Assembly: GCA_964035545.1 (NCBI GenBank)
Contig: OZ037766.1
Span: 310,001 to 374,000 of the forward strand
From: Bugula neritina
Lineage: Eukaryota; Animalia; Bryozoa
Direction: 5' to 3'
DNA length: 64,000 nucleotides
Positions 53,331 to 64,000 of the stretch are shown in pieces (position 1 is the stretch's first letter; each line of letters opens with the position of its first letter). The notes under the pieces were generated by a model. That model did not search any database and was not told the origin of the DNA. It was given only the letters and a program-made list of their open reading frames with translations. The position numbers and the translations under genes are program-made.

Positions 53331-54804
53331 ATTTTATATAGTATATATAGTGTATATATATAGTGTAGACAGTGTATATAGTATATATATAGTAGTATAG
53401 TAGTATATATTGTATACACTATATATAGTATATATAGTGTATGCTATAAAACAAATGTGAGGCTTTATAGAGTTTTCCCCCTGCATTTACTTATCAAGCT
53501 ACACTGTCTCAGGTCCCCCATTAAATTGGTAGCTGATGTGAAGAAAGGTAAATATTAGAGACTTATATATGATGGCTCGTTGTCACCTTTCTAAACATTT
53601 ATGTCCTACTGTACATTGTTAGCAGGGTATATAACTAGTTGATGTTAAAGACTCTAAAAGTTTCCAATTGGAAGTAAAGCAGTGCCTGGTTAGAGGACAA
53701 ATTGCTGTCAGTTTTGACTAAACCAATAATTGCAGGCTTTGACAAATCAGATTAAAATAAATATATTTTCGTTATTCATTTATCCTGTATTCATGAAATG
53801 TTTGCCTCTCTGTAATAGAGGACTGTCCTGGTTATGCACTATACTGTTTCTTTTACATAACAAAAAAAATTTAGCCTAAAAAGTTTAATGCATGGACATC
53901 CTGAACTATACGACCTTCAAAAGATTAGTTGATGATACAGAAACTTGTGTAGTGAGCTCAAAGAGTAGAATAATAAATGGTAATATTATATTGAAGGCTT
54001 TGTAAGTTGCAACACTCACTGCTTTATAGCACGTTACAACGCTCTACACATACCTGGAGAGTGTAGGTGATAGTGGATAATAATGAATAATAGTAGCTGT
54101 TTGAGTTATACATGACAACAGTAAGGACTAGTCTAAGGAATGTCAACGTACTTTACCTGATGGTATTAACAAATTACAGCGTTTTAGTTTTTGACTAAAT
54201 TCAAACTGTTTAAAACAGGTACTGTAGAGAATTAAACAAAGAGTTAACATGGCATTTCTACACATACCATTGGATCGTTACACTTTTATTTTTATCTAAA
54301 GAAGATATTTGTTGTTTTATTGGATAGTTTAGTTTCCTATGCAGCAGTCAGCTGCCTAATAATATATTTATTAGTTTTTACCATTTAGAAGATGCAATAA
54401 ATGTGAGAGAATGATTAAACCATCTCTTCTGAGTCTATACCAAAACAGTTTTTGTAACGAGACCTTGCTCAGCAAGTACAATATTCCCACTGCGAGTAAC
54501 TTTCAAAAGTTACGGATAAAAACTGAGCGATTCAATCCCTTAACTTCCAGTAGCATATGTTACTTATCTTCCTCTGATACTAAAAACTAAACAACCATGC
54601 AGCATATTTTTTGAAGTGTAATTTATTTATTTGATGCTATCAAAATCATAAAACACTCTTAAGCGTTATTTTAACTTATGTTAAGCAAATTCCAATGCAT
54701 TAGCAAAAAATATTTTGCATAGTTTCTTGGCTATATAAGATTTAATTTCCGGTAGGTACTGAATTGATAAAAAAATTTTTGAAACTTCAAAACTTATTAT
54801 ACTG

Positions 54805-57800
54805 CTACTGAAATCTGAACCTCCTGATATTGCTGACTTTGTGAGGATACTCTTGCTCCATGTCTCGGAATGCCTGATGCAAGAGGACAGCTTCATATAT
54901 CGGTTTAGTAAAGCCACGTGTTGTCGTGCCCAGCTCCATCCTACTGACAAACATTGCCAGTGGTTGCCATTTGTTGGAATTTCGCTTCTTGATGTGCACA
55001 ATTGAGCCACAATCACCGTCCTCCAGTGTGCTATTAACAAAGCATTCAGTTTGACTTCTAATAACAATGAATTAACAAACTTTCTATAAGTTACACTAGC
55101 TAAATAAAAATTCATTAAAGATGGCAAATAACAAGCTTTTTAAATACAGACTACACACTATCTTTGACGAAAAATATATTTTCATGGCAGTTAGCTTTTT
55201 TAAATTATACTAACTTACACCAGATTTAATTTTTCCACATTTACCTAAATTATTATTCAAAAATATTTTTTATTAAAAATTCCATTTCACACTATTATAA
55301 TTAAAACTTGGTGAATAAAGTGGACTCACCGATTTGGTAGTACAAAAGTCACTCTCTTTGCAAGTGTCTTATTGTCCTGCAGCAATACATAAGATTCTAA
55401 CATCTGTCCTTCAGCATCTCCCACACGAATTGTCCGCTCTTGGGCATGAAGGCTCTCTAACTTTGTAATAGTGCTAATTGTTTTTTCTCCTCCATGAACA
55501 GCATTTTCTTCAGCCTCCAGAGCTTTTTGAAGACGTGTGGCATCATCATAGTTCATTGGAATGAGAGCAAGGTCATTCATGAACATGTGGCAGCAGCTAG
55601 TATTCTGGTCTAAAGAGCAGTTGCGGATGGGGCAGTGAGGGACATGAAATGATGAGTCGAGGATGATTTGTCGGAAGCAAATCAACATTGGATGATTCAT
55701 GTCCACTGGCTGTGGCATCCTTTTCTGGTCTCTTGTCTCTCTTGTCTCTAAAGCAGCAGAATATCTTCGATTTGATATTGTGGACTCACACATCTTCCGA
55801 GCTCTAGCAATCTCACGAGTGTCTTCGTTTTCATTTTCAATGTCATACACCACTTCATTGGCTCCGGCATTTAGCTGACGATCTCGGAGATGATAGAATG
55901 CCATGACGCTTTGGTGATGATCACAGTCCCTGCTGTCTACCTGCTCAACCTCTCTGTTTTCAGCCATATTATGGTCTCTAGACAACCTCAAAGCTTCATT
56001 GGCAGATCTGGTTTGACTCTCACTCAACACAAAATGTGCTGGTACTACGGCAAAAACAGCTCCATGGAGATGACAGTTGCCAGGATATTTATCTCGCTCT
56101 TTAGCTAAGACAAGAAATTCACATTTTGCTTTTCTAATTTTTTGCCAATCTCCATTCGCACCCCTCAACTTTTCTACAACCAGGCTTGAAGTGACACGTC
56201 TAACTGGACTTTCTTTGTCTTCTACAATGACATTAAATTTCTGTGATAAAAATTTGTTTTCGATAGCCTTTATCTCCTTCTGGATAGACGAAACATTAGG
56301 CCCGATCACCAAGACATCCCTTGGGTTCTCAGTGGACCTTGTGATGACAGCATGCTTTACATCTCTTTCTTGACACAACCTGAAGAAAAAATATGAACGA
56401 AATTACTTTTAACAACATGTTAACAATACTGCATACTGAACATAACACAACCAATGGAAAAACTTTTGGAGAGATAAAGCTAATTAGAATAAGTGTTATA
56501 ATTTCCAGAATTATAATAGTAAAGGGAATTCGTCTATATTGCACTTATTTAACTTGCATTACTCAACACAGGACGAGTAGTGAAAAAAGAAGAGAATTTA
56601 TTTATCACAATAGTGTTATGTTTTCCAGATTTAGGGTTGATGTGCCACCAAGAGAGTCTATTTATCACTAGAGAAACTTCACCGAGTTAAGTTGAGTAGA
56701 TATCGTTATATTTTAATACAAGAATACATAATAAAATCTAATGTACAACAGTAATGATACGCACGTCTATTTAATTTACAGCACTATCCTCAACTGAGCT
56801 AGTAGCGCGAAGCTGCTACTATTACTCATAAAACAGCCTAGCTAATTGGCTAATACATTGTTCCGGGTCAATACGCAACCTTGCGTATTGTGTTGCTGGT
56901 AGCTCCACGGGCCACCACAATAGTTACACGAGTAAAACTGGTACAATATTAGATTAACACATAAAATAAACATCTATCTTTTCGTATTCAATATTAGGCT
57001 CTAACTAACTATCTAAGTAAAAACTGTCCGGAAGCATTCTGCTTCGCGGGGGGGGGGGGGGGGGGGGAGGGGGGGTAATCGCGTGCTTAGCCGTAATTGG
57101 CTCGTAAGCACGTGGCGTTTATGCTTCACTGGCCACTACATAAGGCAATTTTAACAAAATACAATTTTTTAAAAATAACGTCATTTAACCTCAAAAAGGA
57201 TTTAAATTAAAATATAGATGATATTGCTTATGGGCTGGCCACTTGACTCTATTTTTGACAAACACTTTTTGAAAGTCTTCTTGCTGGTAATGCCCATCAT
57301 TAAAATTGATAAACTATATTTTTCAAAAAAGTATTGCAAATAATCTCGGAAAGTAAAACTATTGTAAGAGAAGTAAATGACAGAATGACATATCATATTA
57401 TATGTAACATGTACCGTAACAATAACTTGAATTCATACCTGTGAAGTGAGTTGAGCAGCTCATGTACTGGTGGTTTTCTACTTCTTTCTGTGTGAGACAA
57501 AACTTCTTCTTCTCCACTTTCTTCTGAACTGTCATCACTACTAGTGTGCGGTGCTTTAGGTCGTTCTGTGTTAGTCTCTTTTGTCTCAGTTATGAGCTCT
57601 GTGTTAGTCCCAGCCTCTCTAGTCTTAGCAAGAAGCTCTGGATTGGTCCTGTTCGCTGTGACCATAGCAATGAACCTATTTTTGGTTCTAGTCTTTTGCC
57701 TCTTAACAGTGACAATACTATTGTTGGACTTTTTAACTATACCTGTAATTTTATAGCAACAAATGTAATGTTACAGGCAAGCTAAGATGCTTAGAGTTGT

Positions 57801-58379
57801 ATATCATACAGATTGCCACTTGTACTATTTTTAACTCAATGATTTCAATATTTTGTGTCCAACTATAGTTAATTTTTACTACTGTGTCAATGTTTCATTT
57901 TATTGTAGCGAGTTATTTGAGAGTTGAATTATATGTTAAATACCTAATTCATGTAGATCCTGCAACACCAATTCCCAAATCACATGCATTGCTGAAGGTG
58001 ATACCAGTGGAAAAGCTGCTAAACTTGCAGCTACTACACCTGCAGCAGCTGCACCTACAGCAGCTACACCTACAACTACTTCACCTACAACTACTGCACC
58101 TGCAACTACTAATGCAGCTGGAACTGATACACTTGCAGATGTTCCAGCTGTTTGTTTGTTTGTTTGTTTTATTTTGTCGCAGACGAAAGAAATACATACA
58201 GTTGAGGAAAATAAACAAATTGACAAGACCCATGGCACAATAGCACTGTAGCTAGTTGAGGCACAGACTAGCTGCAGTGCTATTGCAACTACGGAGAGGT
58301 TTTTCCTTTTGGCACTTGCTACTGCACAAGTGTATCCTGCCAGGCTAGCTTCTGCGGTATTTCCTGAAAGTTCAGCCAT
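54805..58379 (-). CDS. Membrane-anchored chymotrypsin-fold (PA clan) peptidase-like protein with a putative His-Asp-Cys triad, about 680 aa
   Basis: Exons 57944-58379 (hydrophobic segments), 57439-57742 (charged linker), 55330-56379 (FAVVPAHFVL; MNDLALIPM) and 54805-55057 (LEDGDCGSIV..PLAMFVS..YEAVLL). Intron phases 1, 2, 2; total 2043 nt open. Minus-strand AATAAA at about 54622-54627. The gene model is well supported; the fold call rests on motif recognition only. Confidence 0.7.
56614..56919 (-). mobile_element. Solo LTR (306 bp), related to the LTR at 60283-60588
   Basis: TG..CA ends and 4-bp TSD ATAG on both sides. The reverse complement starts TGTGGTGGCCCGTGGAGCTACCAGCA and ends TCAACCCTAAATCTGGAAAACATAACA, matching the 60283 LTR. 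Confidence 0.9.
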
Positions 58380-58493
58380 TCATTGTATCTTTAATTACAT
58401 TTCCTGTAATAATAACAAGTTTGTCAGGTATATCACATTAAAGATTAAAAATGATTGCGATTTTCTATCACCTGATGATTGACACAAAATATT

Positions 58494-58496
<3 letters not shown>

Positions 58497-58578
<82 letters not shown>
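58497..58578. repeat. (GA)n microsatellite
   Basis: Seen directly. Confidence 0.97.
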
Positions 58579-58589
<11 letters not shown>

Positions 58590-59396
58590 ACAGAAAGAGC
58601 AGAAGAAGAATTGACTAAACACAATACAATATAATACTCATACTTAAACTTACTTACTTACTTACTTACTTAAACTCCCAAACAGTGCAAGCAAAACATA
58701 TAAAACATAAACAGAGATATAATAACTGTATCACTATGACTTACCATAAAAAATTTTGCTGGCGTGGTAACGAATTGTAGGTATCAGTGTGGGTGCTATT
58801 TTATCAAGCATAGATTTATTTATATAGCTTCCAACTAAAGTGTCAAGAATTAGGTCAGCTGTAATGTATCTACGTTTGTACTGCACGTCCACAAAAGTTA
58901 ATTGTAGCAGTTTAAAGTGTTATCTAATCATTATCAGAATTGATTTATAGATTTATACTTTAATCACAGTGTAAATAAGGATGCGAATTATCTAAAAGAC
59001 AACTACTTGAAAAGTGCTCTAAAAATTTCAACCCCATGTATCCTTTGTAAATATGTAGCATTCAGAACAAATCATGTTTGTGCTATTTAGATGCTAGTCA
59101 CAAAATTGGTCCATATATTTGCTTTTCTATTTAAATTCATATTTACCTACATAAACAAGTTAACTATATTATTATACTGTTTACAAGCAATATTCTGTAT
59201 GATTACTAGCAGCTGGTGGAGAAATACAAGCATTAGGTAGTCCATATTTTACATACTTGATAAACAACTATATAATATAATATAATATAATATTATAGTG
59301 ACAAACAGTCTAGCATATAACATGTGCTTTATTTCTGATGTCACACTTGGCTCTTTTAATTTTAGGTTCAGGTTACAAACACAATTACCAATGTTT

Positions 59397-59989
59397 TGTA
59401 ATGGATTTTAGATTATGTTATTATCGAAAGGATAACTCTTCGTGGCTTGCTCTCTATACGCTTGGCATAATGGCTATAAGTATTAAAGATCAATTATCAT
59501 AATAGCTGACAATTGGAATGCGTACAATCTCTCTTGTACTTTGCTGGACAAGTATTGCTAGCTACTAATGCACTGGCAGTTAGCTGCTTAGTAGCAGATG
59601 CTAGTGTTATGCTTATGGTGATGGAGTTAATTAGTATCGACAGAGACGACTCGGCGTAGACTGTTATCCGACAATATCTTACAGTCGACAGTGGCACCAC
59701 TAACGCTAGCCAATCAGGACAGGCACACTAATTGATAGCAGGTGGAGCTAGCTACTCGTAGTTGCAGTGCGTTGAATAGCTAGCCGGCAGAGCAGCTTGG
59801 GACTTCATCTAGAGTAGTTGTGTATTAAAGCTCACTAATTATGTAATCTTTTTCTATTCATGTTAGCAGTAAATACCCTTCTTGTATTTGTGTAAATAAT
59901 AAAGTTATCTTAGCGTAAATAACCTGGTGTAGTGGCTTTGATTAAGTCGACCCACACATAATAATAGTGAACTGGCAAAATTCACTACA
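59397..59989 (+). mobile_element. Solo LTR (593 bp)
   Basis: Inverted termini TGTAATGGATTTT and AAAATTCACTACA, 4-bp TSD GTTT (59393-59396 and 59990-59993). An internal AATAAA is followed by AACCTGGTGTAGT, which also occurs in the 60283 LTR. Confidence 0.8.
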
Positions 59990-60619
59990 GTTTGCATCAG
60001 TGTAAAACATTCAATTGTAGTGACTTTGTGCAGGATCTTTTATCCAAATAACAAAACTGACCTGAAGTGTTGTTATGCATTATAAAGTATTCTACATTAA
60101 CACTATTTAGCTGATAAATGAACTTAAAGAAGATTACAAACCAAAGGTGAAGAGGGGGTGTTTTATAAAAAAGATGTGGCAATGTGCCAGCAATAAACAT
60201 GCAGTGAAAATACCTAAACAAAACACTCTTTGGTGCTCGTCGCTGTGTATATTCTTCACTTTCGATTGACTCATAGTGGTATTGTGGTGGCTCGTGGAGC
60301 TACCAGCAGCACAACATGTGGGGTCGCGTAATTGACCCGGAACAATTGATAGCCAATTAGCGTGTTTAATAGTTAGCAGCAAGTATAGTTGCCCGCTGCT
60401 AACTCAGTCGAAGTTAGAGTGCTGAATAGACTAGATGTGTAACTTGTCAGATGTATTTGTATCGTTTTTGTAATGTATTGTTGTGTGTAAAATATATACT
60501 CGTTCACTCGACTTAACCTGGTGTAGTTCTATCGAAGTAATTAGACTCTCTGGATAGCATATCAACCCTAAATCTGAAAATCATAACAGTGGTGGCAGCG
60601 GTGGGATAGTGCATCCAAG

Positions 60620-61573
60620 ATGGAGACTGAAAATGCTGGAACTCAACCACCGGCAGTAGAAGGTGAGCGTAAAGACAATGCTGTAGAGACAATGCCTGTT
60701 AACCATGTAGTAGAGGAGCGAAGGGTTCCGCGAGAACTAACTGAAGACCGCTACCGGTTAGAGGCGCCCACCTTCACGGGTGAAGAGGAGGTGGAACAAT
60801 TTATTCAAGAGTTTAGCGACGTAATGGACGTCGCCCAGTGGCCCCCTAGGGTGGCATTGCTGAAGCTTAGAATGGCATTGATGGACAAAGCCAAGCCTTA
60901 TGGGCTGGGCGTAGACATTGATAATATCTTTGCTTCTCTGCGGGCCCGCTTCGGCCTCTCTGCTACAGATGCCAGGGCCCGATTGCAGAGGTTGCGGCGT
61001 GATCCCCGCACTCCGCTGCGGGAGCACGCCGCCGCGGTCATGAAGCTGGCACAGATCACGTACAGCGACTTGCCCCCAGTCAACTGCGAGAGGTATACCC
61101 TCGACGCTTTCATAGCATCTGTCGACGATTTGGGTCTCCACCACCAGTTTCTAGCTAGGGGAGTCACCACCGTCGAAGATGCTCTGACTGAGGGGGAAGC
61201 TTACCTCCTAGCTAATCAAATGCATAAAAGTCGCGGGAGCTCCCGTCAAATGGAGGTAGACCGCGCGGACACGGCCGCGGGACAAGGGGAGGAAACCCCC
61301 GCCGCGGCTGCCGTGTCCCAGTTGGCGACGGCATCGAAAGTCACTCAACTGACAGACATGCTGGCCAAACTGATAGCAACACTGACACCCCAAACCCCAG
61401 TGAGTACCGCCACTGAGCCCGTGCGGCCACCGGCGCCGCCACCGGGAGAAACAGTCAGTTTTTGCTGGGAGTGCGGAAATCAAGGACATTTCCGCCGGTA
61501 CTGTCCCTTCCTAAATCAGGGGTTAAACTACCGCGGCCCGCAGATGTTCCCACCTCCTGCGGGCCGACGATGA
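60620..61573 (+). CDS. Gag, 317 aa
   Basis: APTFTGEEEVEQFIQEF capsid-like start and a CCHC knuckle CWECGNQGHFRRYC. Confidence 0.9.
   Translation: METENAGTQPPAVEGERKDNAVETMPVNHVVEERRVPRELTEDRYRLEAPTFTGEEEVEQFIQEFSDVMDVAQWPPRVALLKLRMALMDKAKPYGLGVDIDNIFASLRARFGLSATDARARLQRLRRDPRTPLREHAAAVMKLAQITYSDLPPVNCERYTLDAFIASVDDLGLHHQFLARGVTTVEDALTEGEAYLLANQMHKSRGSSRQMEVDRADTAAGQGEETPAAAAVSQLATASKVTQLTDMLAKLIATLTPQTPVSTATEPVRPPAPPPGETVSFCWECGNQGHFRRYCPFLNQGLNYRGPQMFPPPAGRR
61522..61566 (+). promoter_or_regulatory. Putative -1 ribosomal frameshift signal
   Basis: G_TTA_AAC in the gag frame (61522-61528), a 5-nt spacer, then a perfect 10-bp stem CGGCCCGCAG/CTGCGGGCCG with a 13-nt loop. Confidence 0.75.
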
Positions 61574-64000
61574 AACCTCCAGGAAAGAAGAAACGCGGGT
61601 CACCCAGACGGGTACCGCGTACTGGTAACCAACCGTGGCAACAGCCACGACGGACCAGCAAGGGGCTCCGCCCCGCCGCTACCTTTTCCATGCCCCTTCA
61701 CAACAGATTCACAGGGCTACAAGCTCAAGAATCTGGATGGGAGCCCACAAAGGTAGCCGGAAATCTAGCCTCGGCACCTCCGAGGCCTGCTTACCACCGC
61801 CCCAAGAGACCTCCTTCGCGACCCAAAGCGAGGGAGGTACTCCCTGCGAGAGTAAGGCCTGAAGGGAGAGTTCAGGTGCAGCCCCATGGGAACAGCTATT
61901 TCTTGCCCGGTAAACTGGAAGGCAAAGCTGTTACTTTCCTCATTGATTCGGGCTGCACCACGAACCTCTTGAGCCGCCGACTCTTCGACACCCTCAGTGC
62001 TAGGGTCAGGGGCGAGATGGAATCATACGAAGGGGAATACGGCACCCTAGCTGACGGGTCGTGCCTTCCCTTCTATGGTATAATTGAGCTGACGGGGCGA
62101 GTCCGTGATCAAACGATCCAAGAGACGTTCATCGTCAGTCAGCTCAAGGAGGACGCCATCCTCGGGATGCCATTCCTAAAACGGCACGGATGTCACATGG
62201 ATTTTAGCAAATCTGCGATGATGATGTCCGGGCGAGAACTCGCCTGCGTCGACAAGTTCGGCCGCCCTTTAGTGGGAGGTGTGCAAGTGGTACGCAACCG
62301 TACCATACCAGGCCGCTCCCGGGCTACCATTCACTGCAGGGTGAACAATAGCCGGATCTCTGGACTCGGGGTAGTTGAAGGCGCGCACGAAAAGATCCAA
62401 CTTGCCAGCAGTCTGAATCAGCTGACTGAGCAAGGGGAGATCTTAGTGCAGTGCGTCAACCCCTTTACCGAGTCTGTCAAGCTTCCGGCTGGGTCGATGC
62501 TGGGCCGTTTTCACTCTGTTCAGGAGGAAGACATAGGCCCGTCGCTGGGTAATGCGACAGAGGCACGTCCTCAGTGCCCTACTCAAGGGCGAGGGGCAGT
62601 CCCAGCACATCTCCGGGAGTTGTATGACACAGCCTGTAGCGGCTGCGCGAGTAACAAAGAATGCCAAGTTATGGCGAAGTCACTACGCAACTACGGTGAT
62701 GTGTTCAGCAGCGGAGAGCATGACATGGGACTGACTGGAATTGTCAGACACGAAATACCGCTGACTGCAGGGACAGTCCCTGTCCGGCAGCCCACACGCA
62801 GGCTGGGGCCGGAGAAAGAGAAGGAGGTTAGCCGACAAGTACGGGATCTTCTGGACCGGGGACTGATAGAGCCCGCCCATAGTGCGTGGAGCTCGCCAGT
62901 CGTACTGGTCCGGAAGAAAGACGGCAGTTGGCGGTTCTGTGTGGATTACCGCAAGCTCAATAGCGTAACCATACAGGACGCCTACCCTCTACCTCGTATT
63001 GACGAGTCATTGGACGCCCTAGCTGGCAGCAAGTACTTCAGTACGTTAGACTTGCTAAGCGGCTATTGGCAAGTTCCTCTGAGTCCCGACGCCCAGGAGA
63101 AAGCGGCGTTTATCACACGGGACGGTTTGTGGAAGTGGAAGGTGCTGCCTTTCGGGTTGACCTCCGCCCCAGCCACCTTCCAGAGGCTGATGGAGCAAGT
63201 CCTCAGCGGGCTCTATTGGAAGACACTGCTGATCTACCTCGATGATGTCATCGTGATCTCCCCAGACTTCGAGGCGCATGTCAGTCGTCTGCAGGAGGTC
63301 TTTGAGAGACTCCGAGGTGCCGGTCTTAAGCTCAAACCTTCTAAGTGCGCTCTATTGCAGCCAGAGGTTAAGTACCTGGGGCACGTTGTCGGTCGAAACG
63401 GCGTGGCAACGGATCCCGAGAAGGTACGGGCAATAGAAGACTGGGTCACCCCCCAAGATTTGACTGGACTCCGGGCTTTCTTGGGGCTGGTAGGGTATTA
63501 CAGGCAATACATACCAGACTTTGCGGGCATAGCACAGCCGTTAAACCGGCTCACCGCAAAGGGAGTGACGTGGCAGTGGACCCCAGTCGAACAAGGAGCG
63601 TTCGACCGCCTCAAGGGCTGCCTACTAACGGCGCCCATCTTGGCCTACCCAGACCCCACTCTGGAGTACATCCTCGACACTGACGCCAGTGACCAAAATG
63701 TTGGCGCTGTGCTTTCACAAGTGCAGGAAGGCCGAGAGGTAGTAGTAGCCTACTACAGCAAGTCTCTCTCACCCACTGAACGGAACTACTGCACTACCCG
63801 CAAGGAGCTGCTGGCAGTAATCAAGTCAGTGAAGCACTTCAGACCATACCTATATGGCAGGAAGTTCCGGCTGCGTACGGATCATGCCTCGCTGATCTGG
63901 TTGTGCAAGAGAGCAGAGCCCTCTAGTCAGGTCGCCCGGTGGCTCGAAATCCTAGCTGAATTCTCATACCGGATCGAACATCGACCGGGCAAGAGACACA
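61522..64000 (+). CDS. Pol (protease, RT, RNase H; incomplete), in the -1 frame relative to gag
   Basis: Open frame with FLIDSGCT (protease), WRFCVDYRKLN, LPFGL, YLDDVI (RT) and DTDASD..ELLAV (RNase H). It is missing from the ORF track because no stop occurs before the window end. Confidence 0.92.

Larger units (their letters stand above)
60283..64000 (+). mobile_element. Ty3/Gypsy LTR retrotransposon, 5' part (runs off the window)
   Basis: 5' LTR 60283-60588 (TG..CA), PBS TGGTGGCAGCGGTGGGAT at 60590-60607 (tRNA-Leu type), followed by gag and pol. Confidence 0.95.

Noticed and set aside
54055-54221. Two small phase-compatible minus-strand exons that could link to exon 52675-52831
   Set aside because: AT-rich and without recognisable protein similarity. 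Such AG/GT pairs arise by chance; RNA evidence is needed.

Overview
AT-rich, intron-containing animal (probably invertebrate) genomic DNA. The ORF track mostly shows single exons or repeat artefacts, so I built gene models by hand from GT-AG junctions and intron phases. In order, the window holds: (1) two tandem minus-strand RING/B-box/B-box/coiled-coil/beta-propeller (TRIM-NHL-like) paralogues at 104-4509 and 13654-18010, nearly identical in the middle but divergent in the RING exon and propeller; (2) between them, an atypical MAPKAPK2-like kinase (9026-11325, +) with DFG changed to DLG, no PQTP (T334) exon and no first coding exon in the window; (3) a 24-exon CEP192/Spd-2 gene (22548-44147, +, about 1564 aa) with an intact, recently inserted Ty3/Gypsy element in the intron after its first coding exon and a different minisatellite in most introns, several being tandem copies of its own splice junctions; (4) a tRNA-derived SINE; (5) a gene for a 66-aa secreted Gly/Arg/Phe/Tyr-rich cationic peptide (50049-51777, +); (6) a 4-exon minus-strand gene (54805-58379, about 680 aa) for a membrane-anchored chymotrypsin-fold protein with a putative His-Asp-Cys triad (PAHF / NDLALI / GDCGS); (7) two solo LTRs and the 5' part of a second Gypsy element with a -1 frameshift signal. 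The best candidates for new biology are the Cys-nucleophile protease, the splice-junction minisatellites that create poison acceptors in CEP192, the cationic peptide and the propeller-diversified TRIM pair. All models are manual and need RNA-seq and homology confirmation.
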